Assembly (NCBI GenBank): GCA_000091205.1
Contig: AP006501.2
Reading direction: 5' to 3' (one strand)
DNA length: 64,000 nt
Origin: Cyanidioschyzon merolae
Lineage: Eukaryota
Below the pieces are notes generated by a model. That model had not been told where the DNA came from and made no database searches. It saw nothing but the letters and a program-made list of their open reading frames with translations. The position numbers and the translations under genes were made by a program. The first letter of the stretch is position 1; the number at the start of each line of letters is the position of its first letter. Shown here piece after piece: positions 51,523 to 63,078 of this stretch.

Positions 51523-52880
51523 ATCAATCTTGACAGGTCCACGAGGTGAATCTCGCGCCCACAACCTATCTTTCCCGATTCTTCCGATTGCTACGTATCC
51601 ATGCGTCGTCGTCGTGCGCTTTCTGTGCCTGCCTCTTTCTTTTCTCCGAATTCCCTGCAGAGTGATAAACGCCGGTACCTCCCGCACATCCAGCTCCGAC
51701 GTCAGCTGTTGAACGATGTTGAGGCCAACGTGCACGTCCCGATTTCGCAGCTCCCCGGTATCGTCGACGCACTTCATGTGCAGGCGCAAGTTGCGATTCA
51801 CGAGCCTTCCTGGGGTGCAGCCGTGACTCCTGACTCGTATCACGAGTTCCTGTGTGCGCGCGGCACGTTCTCCGCCACACCCTGCACTGCGTCATCTGAA
51901 GGCGCGCTTCATCGCTCGATACACGGTCTTGACGGGTACCGCGGGATCCCCTGTATGCGCTCCGCCGTTTCCGCGCCCGGTGCCGTACGCTACGATCACG
52001 GGCGCTAGTCAGGGCAGATCGCATCGGCGAGTACGGTGTGCGCTGCACGCGCAAGTGCAGCGCGTTCCATCCGAAGGAGGGTTTAGGGAACGCGATGCCG
52101 TCCACCGTGCAACAAGTACCGTAAGCGTCAAGTCCAGGCCGGCAAGCAGGCCAAAACGCCTTGGATCCGTCAACGTCCCGCTCGTGCCGTACGGTACCGA
52201 GCGCTCCACTGGCCGCGATTCCTGCGACGTCTCGACTCCGAGTCCAAGACCGCTGTTCATGCAAATGAAAGCGATGGGAGCCTTCGAATGCATATCCCGT
52301 GAGAGGCTCGTGTTGCTGCCGGACGATGTTTCGTCGATAGCCGTGCAGAGCGGCGGACTCGTGCTTCGAACGGAAGCGATCGTTTGACCTGAGACCATTG
52401 CGGCGAACTCTGGGCATCAGCTGGTGCACAAGCGTCCAGGAGACGACATCGCGTCTCTTGAGCCGTCGTGAATCCGGGGGCGCGAATCGCTGCATCCACC
52501 AATGGCCCCGAAACATAGAGATCCGACATATTGAGGAATGCGCGATTTGAGCATCCCATACTTGAAAAAATCAGAAGAATGGATGCTTGCCCCAATGCAT
52601 TCGATCATAAAATAGGTTATGCCAGGGACGCTGGTTCGAGGGTGGCGCGACTCAACATGAATCTGGCGACGGAACGCATTCCAGCGGTGAATGGACGACG
52701 AACAGGTCACTCCGAGAGAAAAACGCCCGACCGAGAATCCCGAAAACTACGTTTGAGTCCGTAAGTTGTTGTTGCTGCACTTGGCGTATCGATGCTGTGC
52801 ATCCAAGAACTTTTGCGAATCAAATCGCAAGACGAGTGCAGAGCGAGCGGAACATTGTTCCAGTTTCATTCTACGCGGGT
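51523..52880. repeat. Right arm of the 1.35-kb inverted repeat (reverse complement of 46324-47680)
   Basis: See left arm. The inner boundary is ...ctcgtggacctgtcaagat on both arms. The outer boundary is ccgcgtagaatgaaactgg. Confidence 0.85.
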
Positions 52881-54039
52881 GTAGACTCTTGATAATGCAA
52901 GGATCGGATTGCGCGCAGATGTGCAACGCGATACAGCTCGAAAGGCGCCGCATGGATACGATGAAGACGAATCATAGCGCAATCCGCTGTTTCATGTAAG
53001 CAGCACTCTGCTTCGACTCCCTCATGACGTCGGGAGGCAGCATTCTGTGCAGAGATGACAGCGGCCTCTGAATCGCATCAATTCCATACGAACGCAGAGC
53101 ACGATTCGCTGTGCAGACAAATGTTATGAAGGGTGTTGAGATGCTTGGAGGCGTGCTGGGCTGCCTTTGCTAGAGTGCTTACTTCCGTGCTGGTATCGAA
53201 AACATCATACACATTGTGTGGTGAAACGCAGTCTTGCAGCACCACTCCCTAGGCGAATACACATTCTGTAAGCGCGAGGCATCGAGTCCGTCTGGTGCAC
53301 CCGTGGATGCACCCGCTCATCACCATAGCGCATCTTGTGTAGGGACACGGTATAGGGGCGGGGGTTCCGAACGCGGTGCTTTTGCTCGATTGCCACCGTT
53401 TCGCGGATACGTGAACGTAAACTGGTCAGATCGACGAATTCGATGTGCCTTGGCGGTCCGGTTCAAAACCAATATTTGCTGATGCACAGCGGAAAGACCT
53501 GTCCACAAGAACCAATCCTAGAAGGTGTTTGAATGAACCCCGAGGCAGACATCCAAGACAGCTCGCAAAAGCCACCACCAAACATCACTAGGCATCTTAT
53601 TTGCAATCTTCATCGCATCTTGCATTCTACATTTGACGCAATTCAGTACCGACGCGCATGTCATCCCGAGAGACATGCAATCGAAGGAGCTGGACCCAGG
53701 TCGTATAGAGACGAGCCACTTCGCCTTTGCCCCATGGGAAGGACTAACGGATGCTTCCGTTTGTTTTCCCGAACTCATGGTTGGACTTCCGATACGCTCG
53801 ATGCCTCCGCATGACACTATAAAAACCAGATCATGACGTCTCCGAGCGCGCACCTCGTACGCAGGGCTCCATACCGACCTCCGGCGCCAAGAGAGAAGCT
53901 CACATCTTCCAGGTCGCTCGACTTGGATCCGATCGTCCTGCTCCAGCCTCCATAGTTTGCATGGCGACACATGGGTGTATCACGATTTTCGTGAGCATTT
54001 GTGGTAAGCTGCGGATCCGCATCCAGATGTCTCTGCTTG

Positions 54040-55413
54040 TCAGACGTTTCGCAGATACTCCATGGCCGCTTCCTGTGAGAGAAACACCGGAATCGATCGA
54101 CTTGCCGAGACGCAGCCAGGCGGTGGTTCTGCTGGGCCTTGAGCCGGCATCCATGACCATTCGACCGTCCATCGGAACGGGACAGCTTCCTCGCGGGTAA
54201 CGCTCGGCTTTACCCAGAGACAGAGAAAACGCACACCACAGCAGGCAGCGTGTCGCATCGCTACCGCAAATGCCGGATCGATCGACTCTGCCGGGCAGAG
54301 CGCTCGCGGCGGATCACTGCGCTGAACCACAAAGATGACCAGAGCCTGCACCGGCATCTCAGGTCGTGCTCTGGGATATTTCGCTGACCCACGGGCAATG
54401 CTCGCAAGTTCCTGCAAATGGCGACTCGCTCTGTCCGATACAGCATCTGGAAAAAGCACTAAACCCTCTGCGGAACCACGCATGGTAACCGATTTGACCT
54501 CGATGAAAATGCGATGATCGAGGCAAAAGTCGCAACGACTTGTTTTCCTTGTTTTCGTTGTGGAAGCTTGCCATGCTCCAGTGTCTGGAGGAGCGTTTTC
54601 GCGTCGTCTGCGTTCAGTATCCGGATCCTGGCGTGGGAGGCTCGTCTCGCGTTCGACCTCATGGAAATGGAAACGTGGAACGGCACGCGGCTCCATGGCG
54701 TTATCTCCCGCCTCAACATCGGACAGCGCTTCACCGATGGCCTCCATGAGGCATGGAGCACGACTTTCGAGCGCCTCCCCAATGAGTCGGTTCGCCGCCA
54801 ATGTGTGGACACAGACCAAGGCCCCTGTGCTCGGCTCGGTGGCGATAATCCAGCGAAATGGATGCTTGGCTTTCGCTCCGCGATCAACTGCCGCCAGATA
54901 GACAGCAGACTCGTTCGGAACAGCGTACCCCTTGGCTGGAGCGCCTTCGTCGCCACCGGTCATGCGACCTGGGTTCAGCACGCTGGCAGTGACCTCCGTC
55001 CCGTCATCGAGGCGCACTCGTGCGAGGAAACGTTTGTAACGTTCGAGAAGAACGCCCCGAAGAAGCGCTGACATTCGCGTGGTCTGCATATTGGAATCAC
55101 TGGAGACTACCGGCGAGAGAGCAGCTGGGCACGAAGCCCCGGCACGCTTGAAACTCGTTTTGGTCAAACGAGGTGGCCCAGTCGAGTTTCGTTCAGGAAT
55201 AGGGTGTTTTCGTATTCCACGACATCTCTGCATATAGTTGGTGGTGTTTTCAAGCGACCCTTCTCCTTCACAGGCACGATTTGTGCACTTGTTTGGCTCA
55301 GGTGTTTCAGCGTGCCGCGGCGCCAGCGCCCCGTGGGCACCCAAACAGTGACGCTTGGGTTCTCTGTTTAAACGTTGCCCCGGGTACCAGTCCTGTTTGG
55401 GATATTGTTCCAC
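54040..55413 (-). CDS. SfsA-family (sugar fermentation stimulation protein A-like) nuclease-fold protein with N-terminal extension
   Basis: RGVLLERYKRFLARVRLDDGTEVTASVLNPGRM, CDFCLDHRIFIEVKSVTM and LFPDAVSDRASRHLQELA correspond to SfsA motifs (YKRF..., EVKsvTL, FPDA.tsRG.KHL.EL). The ORF-maximal start is GTG; the SfsA domain begins near MSALLRG. Confidence 0.55.
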   Translation of the reverse strand: MEQYPKQDWYPGQRLNREPKRHCLGAHGALAPRHAETPEPNKCTNRACEGEGSLENTTNYMQRCRGIRKHPIPERNSTGPPRLTKTSFKRAGASCPAALSPVVSSDSNMQTTRMSALLRGVLLERYKRFLARVRLDDGTEVTASVLNPGRMTGGDEGAPAKGYAVPNESAVYLAAVDRGAKAKHPFRWIIATEPSTGALVCVHTLAANRLIGEALESRAPCLMEAIGEALSDVEAGDNAMEPRAVPRFHFHEVERETSLPRQDPDTERRRRENAPPDTGAWQASTTKTRKTSRCDFCLDHRIFIEVKSVTMRGSAEGLVLFPDAVSDRASRHLQELASIARGSAKYPRARPEMPVQALVIFVVQRSDPPRALCPAESIDPAFAVAMRHAACCGVRFLCLWVKPSVTREEAVPFRWTVEWSWMPAQGPAEPPPGCVSASRSIPVFLSQEAAMEYLRNV

Positions 55414-56708
55414 TCTGCGGAGGCGTTTCCTTCCCAGCCGTTCGGTGTTGCTCCCGAAAAGATTCCCTTGTCAGCGACGTACACCGACTGCATACTCTAA
55501 ACTGCGGCAGCAACAGTCGACTGTACAGAAGTCGCATCAGAGCCGCTGTTCGGTCGTCCCGCGCCAGCCATGAAGTCCGTAATGGTGACAAGAACCCCAT
55601 GGCGCGGCGATATGCCTTTTCATCGTGGAGCATTGATCGTTCGATGGATCTTATCGTCTTTTGCCGAACACGCGACTGCTACCCCAGACCAGTAGGTAAC
55701 CTCGGTTCTTCAACTGACGATTGGGCGTCTTTTCCAGCAGCTATTTCGACTTGAGAGCTGCAGTTTCAACCAACGCTGCTCTAGGCAGCGCAGCATGGGT
55801 CGCGTTTCGCCACTGTAGTCAAGGGCGCCATCGCTAACGTGCTCATATTCGGATGCCACACTTGCTGCGGGGATGCGCCTTGATTCACAGGGTGCGCAAA
55901 ACGACACAGAAACGTTTCGCATCACTGGATGGGCTTCACTTCAGAGATACCGTACGATACTTTCTGGTAGATTCACACAATTCATTCATAGAAACGCACT
56001 GTGCCTAGCAAGTGAGTCATCGTGGGCTTTCAAAGTTTTCATCACGCTGAGGCATGAGGAATCTGAGCATGCCCCTATCCCATTGGCGCTGATACAATCG
56101 AGCACGGCGATGAAGAATCAGCCCTCTGTATTCATGGCGACGGGCATTTAGCGTAGGATTGCCGCCTAGTTCGTGACTTGTTGTTTCACGACTACCTGCG
56201 AATGCAAGCGCAGGACACGGTACCCAAGGATGCGAGCTGCCAGGGCACCAACTCGCACGAGCATCCTCGAGCAGCTACCATTCCTGGTATTGCAAGTGGC
56301 CCTGCGCCTGAAATGCATTCGCTGTAGGCTCAGCAACCGTGCTTCTGCTGGATCGATCAACTCTCTGTTTCTGAGACGAAGACGGTCTCACACTAAACAA
56401 CAAAAATGTACAAGAATCGGGCGACGCAGTTGAGTGCACCTCCCCGTTGACTTGTGGCATGTGCTCATCCGCAGGGGTGCTCAGTTTCCGGATCAATCGT
56501 ACTCCAGAGGAAATGTCGCGTCCACGCGCGCGCCGCATCGACGGTCGACGCCTTCCAGAAGGCGACTCTGGATGAACGTTGCATCACGACCCGCGATATT
56601 GACGGCTTTCGTCCGTTCTATTCTAGGAGTCATTGTTTACTTTCTAAGGTTTGTTCGCTTATTGAGGAACTTAAAAAAGTATTCACTCGTGTGTACCTCG
56701 ACTTGAAA

Positions 56709-57365
56709 ATGACCTGCCGTGACAATAGCGACCTGTCACCTGATCAACCGGTATACTGGCGTGACCGCTGGGAGAAGGGCGTAACACCGTGGGACTGCGG
56801 CTGTGCGCACCCGTTACTCGTTCACTTGGCACCACGCTTGCCGTCCGGACGCGCTCTTGTTCCGGGGTGTGGCTCTGGATACGATGTGATTGCGCTGGCT
56901 AAGCAGGACCCGGCGCGTCAGGTAACCGGCTTGGATCTTTCGGAACTCGCGTGCAAACGTGGTGAGTCGATGCGCGACGAGGCAGGCCTCTCTAGCAAGC
57001 AGGTACAGTTCATCGAAGGTGATTTTTTCAAATTCGATTATGAAGAGCCCTTTGATCTCGTGTACGACTATACCTTCTTCTGCGCGCTGCCTCCGCATCT
57101 GCGCAAGCAATGGGCAGCTCGCATGGCGGAGCTCGTGAAGCCAAGCGGCATCCTGTTCACGCTCATGTTTCCTGTACGGGATTCGGGGACGGGCGCGGAA
57201 GGAGGACCCCCTTTCTCGGTTTCTCATGAGGCGTATGCCTCTGTGCTGGAACCAGCCGGTTTCAAGTTGCTCGAATGTGGCGACGTTCCATCTGCGTATA
57301 GACGTCCGAAGACACCCTCACCGGGTGCTGAGCTCTACGGTCTCTGGCAGCGCGTTGGTGCGTAG
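56709..57365 (+). CDS. Thiopurine/thiol S-methyltransferase (TPMT/HOL family) SAM-dependent methyltransferase
   Basis: WRDRWEKGVTPWD is the TPMT N-terminal signature. LVPGCGSGYDVIALA is SAM motif I. The first ATG is at 56709; the ORF-maximal start at 56454 is GTG. Confidence 0.7.
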   Translation: MTCRDNSDLSPDQPVYWRDRWEKGVTPWDCGCAHPLLVHLAPRLPSGRALVPGCGSGYDVIALAKQDPARQVTGLDLSELACKRGESMRDEAGLSSKQVQFIEGDFFKFDYEEPFDLVYDYTFFCALPPHLRKQWAARMAELVKPSGILFTLMFPVRDSGTGAEGGPPFSVSHEAYASVLEPAGFKLLECGDVPSAYRRPKTPSPGAELYGLWQRVGA

Positions 57366-59869
57366 GCGACGTCTACGTACCTCGCCGGGGAACCAGCAGC
57401 AAGCATCGTTGTGGTGTGCGTCGGACCGAACGCTTCTCGATAGACGGGCTAGATTGGGTCCGCAGCGACGCCTTGCGAGCACCTTCACCAGCGGTATCTG
57501 GACATTAAAGGTTTGTATTCGGGAACGGAATGTTTGGATTGTACAGCATGCGGAGAAACTGCTGCGGCACGTATAGGGCTTTGGGGATAAGCGCAAAGGC
57601 GGGACCTTTGGTGCCGTTGCATTAAGAATGATAGTTTATTTTCTTATTTGCCGCGAAGGATTTGTTCTCCGTGGCCTAGGATGAGATCATACGATCTGTA
57701 AAGCTTCACACATGTTGTGCATGTTTCCAGGGCGACCGTGCTCGAGCGCCGAAGAAGGGTTTCGCAGGGTACTTGCACCGCAGCATGCATGGTCCGCGCT
57801 TGCTGCTCACCAATATTAAAAACCTCATCCATTGCCCATAGTGGCGTTGAAGGATCCAGAAAAAGCAAGTCCTGCTGTGTGCGTCTTGTGCCGATATGCT
57901 GCGGACGCGAACCTCCATGAGGAACGCGCTCAGGGAACGGAGAAAATTGCCCTTGCTCCGCAGTCATTCTAGGAAGGATTTATGGTTTTGGTCTTTCTGG
58001 CCTCTAGGTTGACACCTTTTGAGGATGAAAGACCTCGTACGCACGGGTCGTTCTCGCGGTGGTCCATGTGATTACCATGTCCATAGGTGGGATCGTTCCA
58101 AATCCAGCATCCCTTTCGGATGCGAAACGCTGCGGTTCGGAGCACTGATCTGGTGGTATGCATGTGGATACCGCGTTACCCGGTGACAACCAGGCTGTGA
58201 ATTTTCACTTTATGAAATCTGGCTCAGCATAGCACGCGAGTCGCTCATTGGTGCAGACGCTCACCCACATAGGTTCAAGCCACGTCAGGCAGCAGTGACG
58301 AGAGCGTTGCAGGCTATCGCGGCGGGACGCAGAAGCTGATGTGGCATAAACGTCCGGGAACGGCCTTGATGCACCGATCAAGGCTCCGTAGGTCACGCGT
58401 GGTAGATATGTATATGAAGTTGTAAAAGTTGCGAGTCTGGCGTCCGTGATCCATCTACAGCAGCGCCAGATTTGCATAGAAGACTGCACCGCTAGCGCTT
58501 CTTCTGCTTTTCGATTTTTCCGAACTGATGTTAGATGCAAAGCCTCGATATTTGAAGTGTAGCAATGAGGGCGTACGTTTTCGTGCGTAGTGCTAGAGAT
58601 CTCTGACCCATTCACGGAGAAGCGCGTTCGACGCTTTGCTGGCGGGATTCGTCACGTCACCGCTATCACGAAGATTCGCGATGTTCTCGAGCAAAACATT
58701 CATATCTATGTGGTGCAATTATTCAATGCATACGCACAAGTGTCCACTTGTCTCCCTTGAGTACGTCTAACATGCTCAAAACATGCATTGTTCAAGATTT
58801 GACCTTCTGTTTCAGGGAAACTTGAGGGCGCAACAGTTCGCACCGTTGGATTATCATGGAAAAAATACTCGACGTCGTTTTTTGAGGAATTCCTAAAAAG
58901 CTCATCCCGAAAGCTCACTGAACCCGTCACGTAAACTGCTCGATTCCGTTCGAAAAATGATTCTCTTCCCTTGGTAGTCATCAATGAAACGGCACTCGAC
59001 AGCCGTATGATACCCCTCGCAGGGCATGTTCTCAGAGACTATCTTCTCGACTGTTTCCATGGAAACCAGTCTTGGCACCAGACTTTGATCGCAACGATCG
59101 CTACCAGTGGAGCTATCGTTACTGCATGGCACGAGGAAAGGGTATACGGATCGACACTTTTCGACCTGTTCTCTAGACTGGATTTTGCCTCCGGTACTTG
59201 TTCCATCATGGACAACACCGCGTTCCGAAAAATCCGTCATCGAATGGAACGGCATGCGCTTCCATGTGCAGCGAAGCGTATACTTGTTAGGTGAATCGTC
59301 CAGAAGAAGGCCACGATCGCAGGGCACGGCACCGGATAAGAAAACAGATCAGAGCAATGAGAGCAGCTTTCTGTAACCGTGAACTGTGCGTATCGAGCAA
59401 TGGAGCAAGCGTTCACGCGCTACATTTGGGCCGGTTTGGAGGAAGTTTGACGGATATACTGTAGAGCTTGTCCACATTCAACTGTCACCGCTGTGAACGG
59501 CGCACCGAGGCTATGCATAAAGGAGATCGACCTGACGAACGAAGCATAGACCACAACTACCGCCTATCCGTGGTATGCATCAACAACCTCCGGAATCAGC
59601 GTCATTGAAACCTGAGCGCTACCGTCAACTTCCCTCGACTGCGGGCAACAGATCTGTAGTGGAAGAGGCGACCGGCTGATTGAATGCCGAAGATAGTAGG
59701 GTTGAAGCGCAGGCATTCTTAGAATAAAGCTCTTAAATTCTTATGTTGATGATAGTGGGAAGATAACCACACATTCGTGTGTTCGTCTGGGGAAGAGCCT
59801 ATGTCCTAGTTTAGAGTAACATGGCAGTGAAGCGAAAAATGTACCATGACGATATGGGGTAAATTAATA

Positions 59870-60090
59870 TCCACTCACAGGCACCCCGCAGCCTTTTTCG
59901 ACCAGCCCCCTGTTATCGGCTTCAGCTTCTCTCCGTACACTTCGAGCCCGAGAGGCTACCCCACGGAGTTGGATGGCGCCAGCTCCTCGGATCTCGTCTT
60001 CAGCACTAGACATCATCTCATCTTGATGGCGGCGTTGAAGTCTCGGTTCACAAACTCCTTGCATCCATTGCCGCTGGTGGAACACATTCA
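59870..60090 (-). mobile_element. Solo 3'-terminal fragment of the Fanzor-like element (minus strand)
   Basis: The reverse complement encodes STSGNGCKEFVNRDFNAAIKMR, a RuvC-III motif. It continues with homology to the copy A/B C-terminal coding and tail sequence (gctgaagccgataacagggggctggtcgaaaaaggctgcggggtgcctgtgagtgga). Confidence 0.5.
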
Positions 60091-60786
60091 TGCAAGGATT
60101 CCTTGAACTCGCGCCCTCTATGCCATTACAGTCTCGTAATCCTTCTATTGGGCAAACATATTTTTGTTTGCCTATCTCCCCTCCCCCTCTTCCTTTTCGA
60201 TATATGCTCTTCTTCACTCGTTAGTCGGCAAGAACAGAAACGTTTATGTGTTTTTCCTGCAGCCCGTAATGAAGGCCCTCCACCATCCCCGACTTCCATG
60301 TCCATACCTCTCCCTTGTATTTTTCATTTCTTCAAATGAACGTACTTCGAACACATCTGCTATAAACAGCGAATAAGCGTTTGATGATACGCTTCTTGAG
60401 ATGGAACCTAAATGAATCGAAAGAGTAGAGGAGCCAGACGGGTATGAGGTCGAAACTAATCTGAAACAATTTAGTATAAAATTTGCAACTGCGGTACGCT
60501 GGACCCCCGCGATCGCTATGAAGCGTTCCCCGAAATCATTTTCATACCAGTAATTCTCTTACTTTAACCAGAGGCCAGACTTGGCGCGGTACGAGATTCT
60601 CAGGCTCTTCCTCTAAGTTTCTCAGTGGAACAGGGACCGACGGCGTCACTGTTGCTGTTGCGGAAGAGTCCGAGCTCGTGCTTCGTCTGTGGCTTTCGGA
60701 CGCGAAACACTTGTTGCTAACAGGCAGCTCACACACACGCACAGGAGCGTACCAGTGCTCCGCGACGTACGGTGATACTCGACTGC

Positions 60787-63078
60787 ATGGAGCAGCGTGC
60801 AAGGGGACTGGCGGCGCAGCAGCCGTGCATATCGGGCTTTGTTTTGGTAGCACAAAGTCGAATGCCCTTTTTGCGAAGTCTGACGGGTCCGCTGCAGCCC
60901 CGAGGGGCGTTGTTCGCCCGCACTGGGTCGCCAATCGCACGGAGCGTAGCACCACAGGCGGCGCTTCGCTTCGAATCCCTCCGTGGTACTGGTACTCGAG
61001 CAGTAATGGGGTTTGCCCCTGTCTCAAGTGTTGAAGCGGCTCTCCCTAGACCACCTTCAAGGTACGCAGGCAGTATCGCTGGGAGCCGATCATCGTTTAC
61101 AAGTTGCGAAGAGCTTTGCAGGAAACCCGTCTGGACTAGGCTTCCGTCGCCCGCTACTTTAGGCAGGATGCCGCGATATGCATCGATAATAGTGCGTTCC
61201 CGCTCCAGCAATACCAACCGAGCCCTCCGATTCTTGGACATGCATCGCGGCGGTACCGCTAAGGCCAGCCAGGAAGTGACCCCGTGGTATCAGTATGATG
61301 CTCGCTGGTCCCAGGTTTTATCGAACCCTACGAATGTTCTTGAACTTCCGCCGCTGCCGCCGCATCTGGTGCGGGTGCGCTTTGCGCCATCCCCAACAGG
61401 GAACCTGCACGTCGGCGGAGCCCGCACCGCGCTCTTCAATTGGCTCTATGCACGCAATCAAGGAGGTTATTTCATCATACGGATCGAGGACACTGATCAA
61501 GCTCGTTCGAGTCGTGCCTCTGAACTCGCCGTTCTGCGGGACTTGCGATGGCTTGGCCTCGACTGGGACGAGGGTCCAGCTTATCCCGATGAGCCGACCA
61601 CCGAGCCGTACCGCGGGGAACGCGGCCCCTACCGCCAGTCCGAGCGATCTGCCATCTATGAGGCTGCAGCAGCGAAACTCATCGAATCGGGAGCAGTCTA
61701 TCCCTGCTTCTGTACCGAGGAACAACTGGAACGGAAACGTCGTTTGGCTGAGGCAGAACATCGTGCGCCCCAGTACGATGGTACCTGTCGCGATGCAGAT
61801 CCAGCCCTTATCCGCAAACGGCTGCAACGCGGGGACCCGTACACCTTACGGTTCCGAGTACCTGCTGGGACTCGTGTGGAAATCAGGGACGTTATTCGTG
61901 GCGATATTGCCTGGGACGCGAACGCAACGATTGGTGATTTTATTATCGTGCGTTCTTCAGGTCTACCGGTCTATAATTTTTGCGTCGCAGTAGATGATGC
62001 GCTTATGGGTATCACCACGGTCATCCGTGCAGAAGAGCATCTGACGAATACGCTGCGACAGGCTCTTATTCTGGATGCGCTTGGCTATGACCGACCCCAG
62101 TATGCGCATGTTTCGCTGATTCTCGGAGCGGACCGCCAAAAGCTCAGCAAACGGCACGGGGCCACGTCAATCGATCAGTACGCACGTGAAGGATTTCTTC
62201 CAGAAGCCATGATGAATTACTTGGCGCTCCTTGGATGGAATGACGGTACGGAAAGGGAAATCTATTCGGTGGAGGAGCTCATCAAGGCGTTCTCCCTTGA
62301 CCGCATCACCAAGTCGGCGGCTGTTTTTGACGCAAACAAACTTCGATGGATGAATGGACTTCATTTGAGATCCATGCCTCCGGAGAAATTATGCGGTGTC
62401 CTCATTAGATTCTGGTTGGATGCGAACGTCATTCAGCGACCTGCAGAGGAGATTGACGTTGATGTGCCAACACGAGCTGCCGCAGGTGTTGCCCAGTCTG
62501 CGTCTGCGTTGCGGTTCTGGGTTTTCACGAGCAGGGCAACGGAGCTGTTACGTGGTTCCATAGAATTAGCTAAGGATTGTGTGCCCTTGCTACAAGATAT
62601 CCTGGAATATCCACTGGAAGAAACAATTGAAAGTGGCGATTCGGATGAATTGCTCACTCCACAGGGCGGATTCCTTGACATTGCCACCGCGGTGCTGGAG
62701 CGTTACAGAAAGGGCGAAATTCCTTTTGGAGATGAAATTGAGCCTGACCCTGAAATGATGGTTCCAAACGCGCCGTCCCTGACCTCGGAGGATCCCTTTA
62801 TCGAAGACTGGAAAGCGTGGGTCAAAGGTATTGGTACGCAGCTTGGGCGCAAGAGTAAGCGCCTGTTTCATCCTATTCGCTTGGTCATGACGGGCCGCAT
62901 GACTGGCCCGGACGTTGGTGAGATCATGCGCATATTAGGACTTGCGAAAGGGGTTGTCCAAGTGCCATATGTACCACTGTCAGAGCGAATGCGTATTCTG
63001 GAGCGCGTCGTGAAGAAGCTACGGACTGAACGTGAAGCGACTACGTCAAGCCCAAGTTCACCGAACGCCGCGAGGTAG
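60787..63078 (+). CDS. Glutamyl-tRNA synthetase, bacterial/organellar type, with ~185-aa N-terminal and ~150-aa C-terminal extensions
   Basis: HIGH motif VRVRFAPSPTGNLHVGGARTALFNWLYARNQGGYFIIRIEDTD and KMSKS motif KLSKRHG. The sequence is colinear with bacterial GluRS. The N-terminus is presequence-like. The first ATG is at 60787; the ORF-maximal start is GTG at 60772. Confidence 0.9.
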   Translation: MEQRARGLAAQQPCISGFVLVAQSRMPFLRSLTGPLQPRGALFARTGSPIARSVAPQAALRFESLRGTGTRAVMGFAPVSSVEAALPRPPSRYAGSIAGSRSSFTSCEELCRKPVWTRLPSPATLGRMPRYASIIVRSRSSNTNRALRFLDMHRGGTAKASQEVTPWYQYDARWSQVLSNPTNVLELPPLPPHLVRVRFAPSPTGNLHVGGARTALFNWLYARNQGGYFIIRIEDTDQARSSRASELAVLRDLRWLGLDWDEGPAYPDEPTTEPYRGERGPYRQSERSAIYEAAAAKLIESGAVYPCFCTEEQLERKRRLAEAEHRAPQYDGTCRDADPALIRKRLQRGDPYTLRFRVPAGTRVEIRDVIRGDIAWDANATIGDFIIVRSSGLPVYNFCVAVDDALMGITTVIRAEEHLTNTLRQALILDALGYDRPQYAHVSLILGADRQKLSKRHGATSIDQYAREGFLPEAMMNYLALLGWNDGTEREIYSVEELIKAFSLDRITKSAAVFDANKLRWMNGLHLRSMPPEKLCGVLIRFWLDANVIQRPAEEIDVDVPTRAAAGVAQSASALRFWVFTSRATELLRGSIELAKDCVPLLQDILEYPLEETIESGDSDELLTPQGGFLDIATAVLERYRKGEIPFGDEIEPDPEMMVPNAPSLTSEDPFIEDWKAWVKGIGTQLGRKSKRLFHPIRLVMTGRMTGPDVGEIMRILGLAKGVVQVPYVPLSERMRILERVVKKLRTEREATTSSPSSPNAAR

